NCBI GenBank assembly: GCA_963845065.1
Contig: CAWJQQ010000001.1
Span: 1,248,001-1,312,000 of the forward strand
Source of the DNA: Nitrospirota bacterium
GTDB taxonomy: Bacteria; Nitrospirota; UBA9217
Length of the DNA: 64,000 nucleotides
Direction of reading: 5' to 3'
Below the pieces are notes generated by a model, which saw only the letters and a program-made list of their open reading frames with translations, did no database searches and was not told the origin of the DNA. Shown here in pieces: positions 9,816-21,792 of the stretch; position 1 is the stretch's first letter, and each line of letters starts with the position of its first letter. Made by a program: the position numbers and the translations under genes.

Positions 9816-10261
9816 TGAAAAACAGAACAGAGACGAAAGCCGGACGAGGACGGGCAAAAGAAGTGGTATCACTCGTTGTGCCGAGTAATCCAAAGTATTT
9901 ATACGTTATCCGCAGTGCGATCTATCCTTTGGTGATGGAGGCGGGATTTACCAAACGGGATGCACAAAGAATTGTTTTAGCTGTGGACGAGGCTTGTTCA
10001 AATGTCATTAAATATGCCTACGAGGGCGACTATTCAAAGTCCTATTCATTGGATGTTACGATAGGAATGGGGAAACTCGTTGTCGAGCTCAAAGACTCGG
10101 GCAAAAAACCAGATGTTACGAAGATCGTTCCGAGGAAACTCGATGACGTAAGGCCTGGGGGGCTCGGCACGCACTTTATTGCCTCCGTGTTTGACTCGGT
10201 GAAGTATGATACGACCCACGAGGACTGTACCGTGCTAACCTTGGTGAAAGAGAAACAGTAG
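9812..10261 (+). CDS. RsbW/SpoIIAB-like Ser kinase (anti-sigma family)
   Basis: HATPase_c_2 boxes: 'DEACSNVIKYAY', 'DSG', 'GGLG'. Confidence 0.88.
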   Translation: MMKNRTETKAGRGRAKEVVSLVVPSNPKYLYVIRSAIYPLVMEAGFTKRDAQRIVLAVDEACSNVIKYAYEGDYSKSYSLDVTIGMGKLVVELKDSGKKPDVTKIVPRKLDDVRPGGLGTHFIASVFDSVKYDTTHEDCTVLTLVKEKQ

Positions 10262-10279
10262 GCTTGTTATGAGGTCCCT

Positions 10280-10627
10280 ATGAAGGTAGAGATTGCATTG
10301 GAAAAGATCAACGCAGGCTTTCTGTTGAAGTTAAAAGGCGACGTGGATATGAGCACCTCTTCGGACGTAAGAAATGCTATGGCTCAGGTATTTAAGCAGG
10401 AATCGTCCGGTATGAAAGCTCTCCTCATTGACCTCTCGCAGGTACGGTATATGGACAGCTCCGGCATCGCAACCCTCATCGAAGGCATGCAGAATTGCAT
10501 GAAAAAGGGAGCACGGCTCAGGTTGTGCGAGTTGAGCCCCTCGGTCCGCGATGTCTTTGAATTGGCCCGACTGACGAGTATTTTCGAAATATATCCGACG
10601 ATCATCGAGGCATCAGCAGGATTATGA
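10280..10627 (+). CDS. STAS-domain protein (RsbV/SpoIIAA-like)
   Basis: 'DLSQVRYMDSSGIATL' with conserved phosphoacceptor Ser. Confidence 0.9.
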   Translation: MKVEIALEKINAGFLLKLKGDVDMSTSSDVRNAMAQVFKQESSGMKALLIDLSQVRYMDSSGIATLIEGMQNCMKKGARLRLCELSPSVRDVFELARLTSIFEIYPTIIEASAGL

Positions 10628-10739
10628 TTGAGCGTGGAATGTATAGTATTAATTTACTTATCATGCGGAGAATTGGAGAAGGGTGCTCTTTACACCGTTC
10701 TCTGATCGTTAAATTTCGAGCTGATATCCGGGGTATTGC

Positions 10740-11528
10740 GTGAAAAAAATTTTCGGTTATCTCGGCAGGACATTCATTACGTTCCTTCAGGATCTTTCAA
10801 GTGTTTACTACCTTTTTCAAGATACGGTTTTTCAAACCTTCATTCTCGTTACAAGTCGCAAAAAACTTAGACAGGCTAGATTGCTAACACACGTGGATGA
10901 GATCGGGACGCAGTCACTGCCACTCGTCCTTGCAGTTGCCTCCCTGTTGGGCATCGCAATGACGGTGTTGATTTCATTTCAACTCAAGGAAGTCGGCGGT
11001 TACAACTACATCCCTGGCTTGGTCGCGGTGGCAATTTTTCGGGAAATGGGCCCGCTAATCACTGCGCTCATTGTTACAGGACGGGTGGGCGCGGCATTCA
11101 CAGCCCGGATCGGGACCATGAAGGTCTCCGAAGAGATTCTGGCGCTCGAGACCATGGCGATCAACCCTGTGCGGTTCCTTGTGGTGCAACGTTTTATTGG
11201 ACTTTTATTTTCTCTCCCGGCGCTGACCATGCTCGCGAGCTTCACTGCCGTGTTTGGTGGTTTTCTGTTCGGTTCAACGCGACTCGGCATCCGGCCAGAC
11301 ACGTACGTGCGTGAAACTCTCGATGTGCTAACGTTTACCGACGTTTTCTCAGGCATTATAAAAGCACTGGTCTTTGCAGTGATAATTGTGATGATCGGCT
11401 GCTATAGGGGCCTCATTGTAGAAGGAGGGGCCGAAGACGTTGGTAAAGCGACGATGGTCTCCGTGGTCTCTTCGACTCTTGCGATTATTGTTTTCGACAC
11501 AGTCATGACTGGCGCGTTCTATGGATAA
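10740..11528 (+). CDS. mlaE: MlaE-family ABC permease
   Basis: 'REMGPLITALIVTGRVGAAFTARIGTMKVSEEILAL'. Confidence 0.9.
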   Translation: MKKIFGYLGRTFITFLQDLSSVYYLFQDTVFQTFILVTSRKKLRQARLLTHVDEIGTQSLPLVLAVASLLGIAMTVLISFQLKEVGGYNYIPGLVAVAIFREMGPLITALIVTGRVGAAFTARIGTMKVSEEILALETMAINPVRFLVVQRFIGLLFSLPALTMLASFTAVFGGFLFGSTRLGIRPDTYVRETLDVLTFTDVFSGIIKALVFAVIIVMIGCYRGLIVEGGAEDVGKATMVSVVSSTLAIIVFDTVMTGAFYG

Positions 11529-11537
11529 CGGCAAGAT

Positions 11538-12323
11538 ATGATCAAGGCGCATGGCATTAGAAAAAACTACGGCAAGCATACCGTGCTGAACGGTACAGAT
11601 TTTACAGCCGAGCAAAAAAAAATCACCTATATACTGGGCACAAGCGGCGGTGGGAAAAGTACGTTATTGAAAATTCTTATCGGCGCTCTGAAGCCGGATT
11701 CGGGAAATGTAATCTTTGAAGATACGGACATTACAAAACTAGAAGGGAGCGAACTAGATCCTTTCCGGAAAAAGATCGGCATGTTGTTTCAACACGGTGC
11801 GCTCCTGAATTCGCTCACGGTGGGAGAGAATATTTCGCTCCCGATCCGGGAACATACGCCACTGGATGAGAATATCATTAAAATCATGGTGAAGATGAAA
11901 CTCGAGCTGGTGGGGCTTCGAGATTTTGAAGATCTCTATCCGGGCCAGCTTTCAGGAGGAATGCAAAAACGCGTTTCACTTGCACGGGCGCTTGCCCTCG
12001 ATCCTGAAGCGGTGTTTTTTGACGAACCTACTTCGGGCCTTGACCCTATCGTTGCAGCTGTGATTACAAAGCTCATAGCGGATTTGAACAGGGTACAGCG
12101 TATCACATGCATTGTCGTATCACATGCTGTTGAAGAAGCCATGAGGATAGCTGACAAGATTGTCATATTGTATTTAGGAAAAGTACTAGCACAGGGAACG
12201 CCGCAGGAGATCAAGTCAAGCTTAGATCCACTCGTTCAACAGTTCATAACCGGCAGTCCTGACGGGCCCATTTCATTTCATGCTTCAAGCAAGGAATTTC
12301 GAGAAGATCTTCTCGTTGAATAA
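11538..12323 (+). CDS. mlaF: MlaF-family ABC ATPase
   Basis: GTSGGGKST, 'GMLFQHGALLNSLTV', LSGGMQKR, DEPTSGLDP. Confidence 0.9.
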   Translation: MIKAHGIRKNYGKHTVLNGTDFTAEQKKITYILGTSGGGKSTLLKILIGALKPDSGNVIFEDTDITKLEGSELDPFRKKIGMLFQHGALLNSLTVGENISLPIREHTPLDENIIKIMVKMKLELVGLRDFEDLYPGQLSGGMQKRVSLARALALDPEAVFFDEPTSGLDPIVAAVITKLIADLNRVQRITCIVVSHAVEEAMRIADKIVILYLGKVLAQGTPQEIKSSLDPLVQQFITGSPDGPISFHASSKEFREDLLVE

Positions 12324-12376
12324 GATATATACGGATTGCGGAATTAAATACTGATCACAAGTATGAGGACTTTACA

Positions 12377-13177
12377 ATGGATTATCGTCGCAATGAAATT
12401 AGGGCAGGCGTTTTTCTCCTGCTCTCATTCGCGATCCTGGTGGTGATGATCTTCGCAGTAAGCGATGTCCAGAGCCTTTTCAAGAAAAAGAAGGAAGTCA
12501 AAGTACTGTTTTTGGCCAGCGATGGGATTGAAAAGAACGCGCCGGTCCGTCTTTCCGGCCTTAAAGTCGGCAAGGTGACGAATATACGTGTGGCTCCCGA
12601 GTATGGCGATAAAATTGAGCTTACCCTGAGCGTGTTCAGCGACACTATCATCAAGCACGACACAAAGGCTTCAATTAAGACACAAGGACTGATTGGGGGG
12701 AAATATGTTGAATTAACCGGCGGTTCTTCGAAGTCGCCAGCGGTGGAGCCGGGCGGTTTTATCAAGGGAGAAGAGTCGTTTAAGGTGGAAGATCTGACCA
12801 AGATGGCATTTGATGTTGTCGCTAAACTCAAGCACATTGCAAACAATCTCAATACGATGCTCGGGGACCCGGCTCTCGCGAAGTCTCTTAAAACGACGAT
12901 TGCGAATCTCCAGGATGTCTCGTCTGATATCAAAGTCATGACATCGAGTAAAGAGGAAGTGGCGCAAGGTCTGAAGAACCTGCCCGAGCTTCTGAAAAAA
13001 TTGGATGCGAGCGCGGAAAGCCTAAAGGCCATTACCAATAAGAGCGATACCATCGTCACCGAGAATAAAAAGAACATCGATGCGGCAATGGTAAGTTTTA
13101 GGGAAATGGCGCAAAACCTGAAGGAAACAACGGATGATGTGAAGAGCCATCCGTGGAAGTTGCTGAGAAAGCCCTAA
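12377..13177 (+). CDS. mlaD: MlaD/MCE-family protein with helical extension
   Basis: TM anchor, 'GIEKNAPVRLSGLKVGKV', 'GLIGGKYVELTGG'. Confidence 0.88.
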   Translation: MDYRRNEIRAGVFLLLSFAILVVMIFAVSDVQSLFKKKKEVKVLFLASDGIEKNAPVRLSGLKVGKVTNIRVAPEYGDKIELTLSVFSDTIIKHDTKASIKTQGLIGGKYVELTGGSSKSPAVEPGGFIKGEESFKVEDLTKMAFDVVAKLKHIANNLNTMLGDPALAKSLKTTIANLQDVSSDIKVMTSSKEEVAQGLKNLPELLKKLDASAESLKAITNKSDTIVTENKKNIDAAMVSFREMAQNLKETTDDVKSHPWKLLRKP

Positions 13178-13483
13178 TAACTCCAGGTTTTAAAAAATTA
13201 TCATTAGAAACCACAGTCCAAAAGTTATGATGATTAATTCCTAAACTCGGATTTACCCTCAGAATTAGTTATAATTTACTTTTTTAGCTCCGATAACCGG
13301 AGGTAGCACTCTTTATGCTATATCGCAAAGTCAGTTAAATTTATGGGAAAAAAGTTGTATGAGACGGCAGAACCAGGACTCACGAGCTTTATCCAGATGA
13401 CCATTAATACCGTATATCATCAAAAATGAGAGGGAAAGGGCTCCAAACACGTTTCAATATATTCGGAGTGACAGGACGTTTGA

Positions 13484-14737
13484 ATGGCAATTCAGGCTAT
13501 TAAAGGAGTAAAAGATATACTCCCGGTAGATATTCCTATGTGGCTGCACCTTGAGGCAGTAGCGCGAAAACTGTTCGAGGATTATGGTTTTTCAGAAATC
13601 AGAGTTCCTGTTTTCGAATATACCGAACTTTTTGCACGGAGCATCGGAACGTCGACTGACATTGTGGAAAAAGAGATGTATACTTTTGAGGACCGCGACG
13701 GCAAGAAGATCACCTTGCGCCCAGAAGGTACGGTAGGCGTTGTACGAGCATTTGTCGAGCATAAGATGTATGCGGATAACCAAATAACTCGCCTCTATTA
13801 TATGGGGCCTATGTTCAGGCATGAGCGACCGCAGAAGGGGAGATATCGCCAATTTTACCAGATCGGCGTAGAGGCCCTGGGACTCGATCACCCTCACGTA
13901 GACATTGAAGTACTGGCAATGCTTCACACTTTGTTTACGCGGATCGGCATCAGCAGTCTCAATCTTCAGATCAACTCACTGGGAGACAATACATGCAGGG
14001 GCGCATATCGTGAAGCTCTCAAGTCATATCTAAAAGAAAAACTGCCGACCTTATGCGCAGACTGCCAGAGGCGTTACGAGACCAACCCTCTTCGCGTGCT
14101 TGATTGCAAGATTGACGCAGATAAATTCAGCGATTCCCCAGTCATGCTCGATTACCTTTGCGACCCCTGTAAGGATCACTTTGACACTGTTGAAGCTGGT
14201 CTGCAGAAGCTGAATATTCCTTTTGAAGTAAATCCGCGTCTCGTTCGCGGGCTCGATTACTATACTAGGACTACGTTCGAGCTCGTGATGGGACAAATGG
14301 GAGCACAGAACACTGTTGCGGCGGGCGGCAGGTACGATGGGCTCGTTCAAGAGATCGGCGGCCCTGCCACACCGGGCATTGGTTTCGCGCTCGGTGTTGA
14401 GCGGGCAATCTCGCTTATGGATACCAGTGTTGTCGAAACTCCCCGTCCCGCGCTCTTCCTTTCTGCACTGGGCTCCGAAGCAGTGGCGTTTGCATTGCCT
14501 GTCATTCACAAGCTGAGGGCCTGCGGAATCCGCGTTGATACAGATTACACAGGCAGCAGCCTTAAGAGCCAGATGAAGAAAGCAGACAAGTCCCATGCAG
14601 GCCATACCCTGATCATCGGGGAACAGGAATTGAAGAACGGGAAAGCGATACTGAGAAATATGCATACTAAGGAGCAATCAGAGCTGACATTTGCAACTCT
14701 TATCGAAGACCTTAGGAAAACGCTGGCATCGTCATGA
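13484..14737 (+). CDS. hisS: Histidine--tRNA ligase
   Basis: LRPEGT, FRHERPQKGRYRQF, RGLDYY, GGRYDGL. Confidence 0.97.
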   Translation: MAIQAIKGVKDILPVDIPMWLHLEAVARKLFEDYGFSEIRVPVFEYTELFARSIGTSTDIVEKEMYTFEDRDGKKITLRPEGTVGVVRAFVEHKMYADNQITRLYYMGPMFRHERPQKGRYRQFYQIGVEALGLDHPHVDIEVLAMLHTLFTRIGISSLNLQINSLGDNTCRGAYREALKSYLKEKLPTLCADCQRRYETNPLRVLDCKIDADKFSDSPVMLDYLCDPCKDHFDTVEAGLQKLNIPFEVNPRLVRGLDYYTRTTFELVMGQMGAQNTVAAGGRYDGLVQEIGGPATPGIGFALGVERAISLMDTSVVETPRPALFLSALGSEAVAFALPVIHKLRACGIRVDTDYTGSSLKSQMKKADKSHAGHTLIIGEQELKNGKAILRNMHTKEQSELTFATLIEDLRKTLASS

Positions 14738-15213
14738 AGGTCGGCGTACTATCCGATACGCATGTGCCTTCTATTGTGCCGTCGCTGCCTCCGGTAATCT
14801 ATGATATTTTTAAAGGGGTCGATTTGATCCTCCATGCGGGGGATATCATGGAACTTTCTGTGCTCGACGACCTGAGGGCAATTGCGCCCGTAGAAGCGGT
14901 TGCCGGAAACATGGATAGCGCTGAAGCGCAGGTGCGGCTTCCCTTCAAGAAAGTCATTACGATTGGCAAATTCACTGTAGGCCTCATACACGGCAAGTTT
15001 AAACTGAATATACAGCAGGAGATGATAAGAAAAGAATTTGATAAGGTGGACCTCATCGTCTATGGCCATTCTCACCATCCATTCTGGGGTGCGATTGAGG
15101 GCATTTATTTCCTTAATCCCGGAAGCCCTACGGACAAACAGTATGCACCCTACAATTCAGTCGCATTGTTGGAAGTAGGAGATGAGTTGCGAGCCCAGAT
15201 AATTCGAATTTAA
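14734..15213 (+). CDS. YfcE/MJ0936-family metallophosphoesterase
   Basis: SDTH, HAGD, GNMD, GHSH, NPGS. Confidence 0.9.
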   Translation: MKVGVLSDTHVPSIVPSLPPVIYDIFKGVDLILHAGDIMELSVLDDLRAIAPVEAVAGNMDSAEAQVRLPFKKVITIGKFTVGLIHGKFKLNIQQEMIRKEFDKVDLIVYGHSHHPFWGAIEGIYFLNPGSPTDKQYAPYNSVALLEVGDELRAQIIRI

Positions 15214-15292
15214 AAACGATATCATGCGCACCGGCTTAGAAATTCTTTTCAAGTTGCAAAGGTCTCTGCTTTATGATAAATTCTGAACATTC

Positions 15293-16723
15293 ATGGCTAT
15301 AGAGAAAATAAAATTCGGGACTTCAGGATGGCGGGGGGTGATAGCCGACGATTTTATCGTCAGCCGGGTCCGTGTCGTAACGCAAGCAATATCAGACCAC
15401 ATCGCGGCACAGGGACTCAAGGACAAAGGCGTGATCGTGGGATACGACACCCGCTTCATGTCCGAGCGGTTCGCGGAAGAGGCTGTTAAGGTTCTAGCAG
15501 CAAACGGCATTCACACCTATCTTTCTAATCGTGACGTCCCTACGCCGGCAGTCTCCTTTGAGATCATCAGAAAAAAAGCGGCTGGCGGCATCAACTTCAC
15601 GGCGAGCCACAACCCACCACAATACAATGGCCTGAAGTTTTCTCCCGCCTGGGGCGGACCGGCGCTTCCTGAAGAGACAAAAGACATCGAGTCCCGGGCC
15701 AATGCCCTTCTCGAAAAAAACTCCATTGCAGTCATGCCCCTTGCTGAGGCAAGACAGAAGGGCATGGTTGACGATGCCGACCTTCGAAAGGTCTACTTCG
15801 ACGATCTTAAAAAAAAGATCGATTTCGATCCGATAAAAAAAGCAAAACTCAAAATTGCCGTTGATCTGCTGTATGGGACAGGGCGGGATTATCTTGACAG
15901 TGCACTCAAGGACGCGGGATGCGCTGTTACCGTACTTCATGGCTATCGCGACGTTTTGTTTGGCGGCAATTCACCCGAACCCTCGGAAGCGAACTTGGCT
16001 GAGCTTGCAGCGCTATTGAGAAAAGGCAAATTCAATATCGGCCTTGCAGTCGATGGCGATGCTGACCGTTTCGGCGTAATGGACCTGGACGGTACCTATA
16101 TCAACCCCAACCAGATTCTGGCGCTGGCCCTGGATTATCTTTGCCGCACGAGGGGCTGGAAAGGCGGCGCAGCGCGCTCTATCGCAACATCGCACCTGAT
16201 CGATGCAGTGGCGAAAAAACACGGTATTGAGGTCTATGAAACGGGTGTGGGATTCAAGTTCATTGGAGACCTGCTCGTGCAGGGCAAGATCATCTTTGGG
16301 GGTGAGGAAAGCGCCGGTTTGACCATTAAAGACCATGTGCCGGAAAAAGACGGAATCCTGGCCTGCCTCCTAGTTGCAGAAATGGTATCAAGCGAAAAGA
16401 AGTCTATCAAGGAACTGCTGAAGCGGCTTTATAAAGAAGTCGGTGTCATTCTTGATGATCGGATCAATATCCGAATCACGGAAACCAATCGTAAAGCTGT
16501 TGAAAACCGGCTGAGCCACCCCTTGAGCGAACTCGGGGGTTTCCGTGTTAAGGGCAAAAAAACTACTGCTGATGGGACCAAATATATGCTGGAGGACGAC
16601 AGCTGGGTACTGATGCGTGCGTCAGGTACCGAGCCGGTGGTGCGGGTTTACGTCGAATCATCGTCGGACGAAAAGATTAAGACACTGATCGATGCAGGCA
16701 GGAAATTCATTATGGGACAGTAA
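15293..16723 (+). CDS. Phosphoglucomutase/phosphomannomutase family protein
   Basis: FGTSGWRG, TASHNP, DGDADR, GEES, RASGTEP. Confidence 0.94.
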   Translation: MAIEKIKFGTSGWRGVIADDFIVSRVRVVTQAISDHIAAQGLKDKGVIVGYDTRFMSERFAEEAVKVLAANGIHTYLSNRDVPTPAVSFEIIRKKAAGGINFTASHNPPQYNGLKFSPAWGGPALPEETKDIESRANALLEKNSIAVMPLAEARQKGMVDDADLRKVYFDDLKKKIDFDPIKKAKLKIAVDLLYGTGRDYLDSALKDAGCAVTVLHGYRDVLFGGNSPEPSEANLAELAALLRKGKFNIGLAVDGDADRFGVMDLDGTYINPNQILALALDYLCRTRGWKGGAARSIATSHLIDAVAKKHGIEVYETGVGFKFIGDLLVQGKIIFGGEESAGLTIKDHVPEKDGILACLLVAEMVSSEKKSIKELLKRLYKEVGVILDDRINIRITETNRKAVENRLSHPLSELGGFRVKGKKTTADGTKYMLEDDSWVLMRASGTEPVVRVYVESSSDEKIKTLIDAGRKFIMGQ

Positions 16724-16793
16724 AATATAATGATATAGAATTTTGAAGATTACAGATTGAAATGGACCTAATTGATCAGAATCGGTAAGCTGA

Positions 16794-18104
<1,311 letters not shown>

Positions 18105-18213
18105 ACAACGGACGCTTGCTCCCCGAAGAGAAGAAGTCAAAAGCAGTCTTTTGGATCTCTGTTGCTGTCAGCCCGACTCACTGTTTTGCAAGATGCATTT
18201 ATCACAGATAATT

Positions 18214-18639
18214 ATGGATCGTCCCTCCTTCGATAAGATCGTGACAAAATCGCTGAAACGACTTCCCGGAAAATTCAGAAAGAGACTGCATAATCTTGTC
18301 ATCGACATCGAAGATCAGCCTCCACAAGCGCTTTTGGATGACATGGGAATATTATCAGGTTCGCTTTTTGGACTCTATCAGGGGGTGCCGCTGCCGGAGC
18401 GGGAATGGAATTACGGAAATGCACTACCGGATAGGATCGTCATCTATCAAAAAGTCATTGAACGCGCTGCTTCATCTGATAATGAGATAGAGGAGATCGT
18501 CCTTGATACCGTCGTTCATGAGATAGGACATTATTTTGGATTCGACGACGATACTCTTCATTCGATAGAAGTCGAAAAAAAAAGAAGAAATGAGGAAAAT
18601 AGGAGGAGCGGGACGACAACCAAAGAAACAGATAAATAA
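18214..18639 (+). CDS. Zincin-like (Zincin_1) metallopeptidase
   Basis: 'LFGLYQGVPL', 'PDRIVIY', HEIGHYFG; start uncertain. Confidence 0.85.
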   Translation: MDRPSFDKIVTKSLKRLPGKFRKRLHNLVIDIEDQPPQALLDDMGILSGSLFGLYQGVPLPEREWNYGNALPDRIVIYQKVIERAASSDNEIEEIVLDTVVHEIGHYFGFDDDTLHSIEVEKKRRNEENRRSGTTTKETDK

Positions 18640-18742
18640 CTATATTGAGTTTGTCCGTTTCCGCGCAGTTCGGTGCTAGATGGCAGTAATTGCATTCATA
18701 TGTTATTTATAAGATTCTGTTTTTTGCATGACTGGACCGTGC

Positions 18743-19222
18743 TTAGCAATATATTTTTAAAATCTTTTCTATGATCCCAGTTGTAGATGCCCCTTCAACA
18801 TATGGAACATTTATGACACGCCCGCCTCTCGCTTCAACCACATCCCTGCCGATGATTTTTTCGATAGGCCAATCGCCACCCTTGACCAGAATATCAGGCT
18901 TCAATTCAGAGATGACCCGATAGGGGTCCGTCTCGTCAAAGACAGTAACAAAATCTACCGCTTGAAGGGCAGCCAAGGTCTCCATTCGGTCGGCTTGGGA
19001 GTTTATCGGTCTTTTTCCGCCTTTAATCTTTCTGACTGATGCATCACTGTTGACAGCAACAACGAGCAAATCCCCGTAAGATTTTGCCTGCGCAAGATAA
19101 CGCGTATGGCCAGTATGAATGATGTCAAAACATCCGTTCGTAAAAATAATTCTTTTACCGGTGCTACGCAAGATGTCCAGAAGTGGACAAAGTTCTGCAA
19201 CTGTTTTAATTTTATTGTGCAT
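18743..19222 (-). CDS. rfaE2: D-glycero-beta-D-manno-heptose 1-phosphate adenylyltransferase
   Basis: FTNGCFDIIHTGH, NSDASV, LVKGGDW, STTGII. Confidence 0.92.
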   Translation of the reverse strand: MHNKIKTVAELCPLLDILRSTGKRIIFTNGCFDIIHTGHTRYLAQAKSYGDLLVVAVNSDASVRKIKGGKRPINSQADRMETLAALQAVDFVTVFDETDPYRVISELKPDILVKGGDWPIEKIIGRDVVEARGGRVINVPYVEGASTTGIIEKILKIYC

Positions 19223-19349
19223 AAAAAACTATAATATAAAACGGACAATAAATCAAGCGATCGTTGAAAATCAGGTTTTCCTCTTTCCAATGCGATCAAA
19301 AGTATTTTGTTTCCCTTGACAACGTTAAAAGGTTAGATATACTAAAACC

Positions 19350-19757
19350 ATGCATGTCACACGTGAAGGTGATTACGGAATCCGTAGTGTTTTGTACCTC
19401 GCAAGCCAACCATTTAAAAAAGTCAGCTTCATCAATGAAATTGCTGAGGAGTATAAAATTCCCAGGAGTTTTCTTGCAAAGATCCTGCAAAAGCTTGTCA
19501 AAGCTAAGATTGTACGTTCTTACCGGGGAGTTAAAGGCGGCTTTTCACTCGCCAAGCAGTCTCGAGAGATTACTGTGCTCGAAGTCCTCGAAGCAATCGA
19601 AGGAAAGCTCTATTTCAATCTTTGCCTCATGGATAAAAAAAAATGCAACTTTTCTAAACACTGCCCCACAATCCAGCTATGGGCCAATGTACAGACCAAG
19701 GTGGCCGATACTCTGAAAAAAGCAAATTTTGAAGATCTTTCTAAATTAAAAGTCTAA
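19350..19757 (+). CDS. Rrf2-family transcriptional regulator (three Cys, probable Fe-S)
   Basis: 'FLAKILQKL...SYRGVKGGFSLA', C-x6-C-x5-C. Confidence 0.9.
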   Translation: MHVTREGDYGIRSVLYLASQPFKKVSFINEIAEEYKIPRSFLAKILQKLVKAKIVRSYRGVKGGFSLAKQSREITVLEVLEAIEGKLYFNLCLMDKKKCNFSKHCPTIQLWANVQTKVADTLKKANFEDLSKLKV

Positions 19758-19793
19758 GCTATCCGCGTTTCACCTATAAGATTGGAGCGCCAT

Positions 19794-21191
19794 ATGACAC
19801 CGGATACTCAGTATGACTATCGTGCAATTAAAGGGTTCGCGATTTCATCTCTGTTTTGGGGGGTTGTAGGGCTCATCGTCGGTCTCCTCATATCCCTGCA
19901 GCTGGTCTACCCTTCGCTCAATTTTCCGCCTTGGTTCACCTATGGCAGACTTAGACCACTCCACACAAACGCTGTCATTTATGGTTTCACCATCCCCGCT
20001 GCATTCGCCATGTTTTTCTATCTGGTGCAGCGGCTGGGCAGGACACGGCTCGCATTCCCGAGACTCGCACAGGTCACGCTGTATTTCTTCAATGTAGCCA
20101 TTGTGCTCGCTGCGCTTTCGCTCCTTGCCGGCATGACCCAAAGCAAGGAATATTCCGAACTTGAATGGCCGCTCGACATCGGGGTAGTGATCCTGTGGGT
20201 TATGTTCTCAATCAACATCATCGCCACGATCATGAAACGGAAAGAAGAGCAGATGTATGTTTCCCTCTGGTACATTCTCGCTACAGTCGTTGGCGTCGCC
20301 ATCGTTTACATCGGGAACAATATTGCGGTCCCCGTTTCCTGGTTCAAGTCCTATTCCATCTACGCCGGCGCGAATGATGCGAACGTCCAGTGGTGGTTCG
20401 GGCATAATGCCGTGGCCTTTGTCTTTACTACGCTGCCCCTTGCAGTATTCTACTACGTCCTTCCGAAAACAACAAACGCGCCATTATTCAGCCACCGTCT
20501 TTCGATCATCGGTTTCTGGTCCCTGGTTTTTGGCTATCTTTGGACAGGTGCACACCATCTGATTTATACGCCGCTCCCGGACTGGATCCAGACCGTAGCC
20601 ATCGCGTTCAGTATTTTCTTGATTGCACCATCATGGGCATCGGTCATAAATGGGTATGGAACGATGAAAGGCCAATGGCAACAGATGAGGTCTAACTACC
20701 TGGTTAAGTTTATCGTCATGGCAATCACGTTCTACGGCATGCAGACCATTCAGGGGCCGAGCCAGGCAATCCGTACCTTCAGTGCACTCATCCATTACAC
20801 GGACTGGGTGATCGGACATGTGCATATGGGCACTATGGGATGGGTAACGATGACGCTTTCGGCGGGGTTTTATTACATGGTCCCTCGCATTTACAACACG
20901 GAGGTGTACAGCGTAAAACTGGCGAACCTGCACTTTTGGCTCGTGCTCGTGGGGCAGCTTATCTATTCCGTAACAATGTGGATTACGGGCATTCGCCAGG
21001 GAGCAATGTGGCAGGCAATGGAAAAGGACGGCAGCCTTGTCTATCCTAATTTTATGCAGACACTGGCGCCGAATTACCTTTTCTGGAACATGCGTACCAT
21101 AGGAGGGGTTATTTTCTTCGCGGGATTCCTGGTGTTTGTCTATAATATTTATAAGACCATCAGGTCCGCGCCGGCTGTTCAGATTGCATGA
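19794..21191 (+). CDS. ccoN: cbb3-type cytochrome c oxidase subunit I
   Basis: GRLRPLHTN, EYSELEW, WWFGHNAV, GAHHL, DWVIGHVH. Confidence 0.96.
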   Translation: MTPDTQYDYRAIKGFAISSLFWGVVGLIVGLLISLQLVYPSLNFPPWFTYGRLRPLHTNAVIYGFTIPAAFAMFFYLVQRLGRTRLAFPRLAQVTLYFFNVAIVLAALSLLAGMTQSKEYSELEWPLDIGVVILWVMFSINIIATIMKRKEEQMYVSLWYILATVVGVAIVYIGNNIAVPVSWFKSYSIYAGANDANVQWWFGHNAVAFVFTTLPLAVFYYVLPKTTNAPLFSHRLSIIGFWSLVFGYLWTGAHHLIYTPLPDWIQTVAIAFSIFLIAPSWASVINGYGTMKGQWQQMRSNYLVKFIVMAITFYGMQTIQGPSQAIRTFSALIHYTDWVIGHVHMGTMGWVTMTLSAGFYYMVPRIYNTEVYSVKLANLHFWLVLVGQLIYSVTMWITGIRQGAMWQAMEKDGSLVYPNFMQTLAPNYLFWNMRTIGGVIFFAGFLVFVYNIYKTIRSAPAVQIA

Positions 21192-21218
21192 TGATGAGTA
21201 GATTAAGAGGAGATTCCT

Positions 21219-21791
21219 ATGAATGTCGATAAAAGACCTGTTACCTTCATCATCCTGGCAACGCTTTCGATACTGGTAGGAACACTATTGACTACATTCA
21301 TACCCTTATATCTCGGGACCGCGACACCGTCCCTCGAAAAAATCATTCCTTACAAACCGATTGAAGTAGAGGGTAGGGACATCTATATTCGAGAAGGCTG
21401 CAACAATTGCCATTCGCAGACGGTCAGACCGCTGGCCTTTGAAACGGCTCGTTACGGCACACCATCAAAACTTGAAGAGTCGGCCATCGACCGACCTCAC
21501 TTGTGGGGGTCTAAGAGAACCGGTCCGGATCTTGCGCACGTCGGCAAAAAATATCCGCCAGCCTGGCACTATATGCATTTAAAGGACCCACGCAGCATGT
21601 ACCGTGATTCGAATATGCCGGCATATGCCTGGCTTGCTGATAGAAAGCTAGACACAACGTATACGGAGAGGAAAATGCATATTCTCGGTTATCCCTATAC
21701 GACCGAAGACTTACAAGCACTGTCGGGTAAAACTGAAATGGACGCACTTGTTTCATATCTCATGCGTTTGGGAAGGGAGTTAAGACAATAA
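21219..21791 (+). CDS. ccoO: cbb3-type cytochrome c oxidase subunit II
   Basis: YIREGCNNCHSQ, WGSKRTGPDL, SNMPAY. Confidence 0.95.
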   Translation: MNVDKRPVTFIILATLSILVGTLLTTFIPLYLGTATPSLEKIIPYKPIEVEGRDIYIREGCNNCHSQTVRPLAFETARYGTPSKLEESAIDRPHLWGSKRTGPDLAHVGKKYPPAWHYMHLKDPRSMYRDSNMPAYAWLADRKLDTTYTERKMHILGYPYTTEDLQALSGKTEMDALVSYLMRLGRELRQ

Positions 21792-21792
21792 C

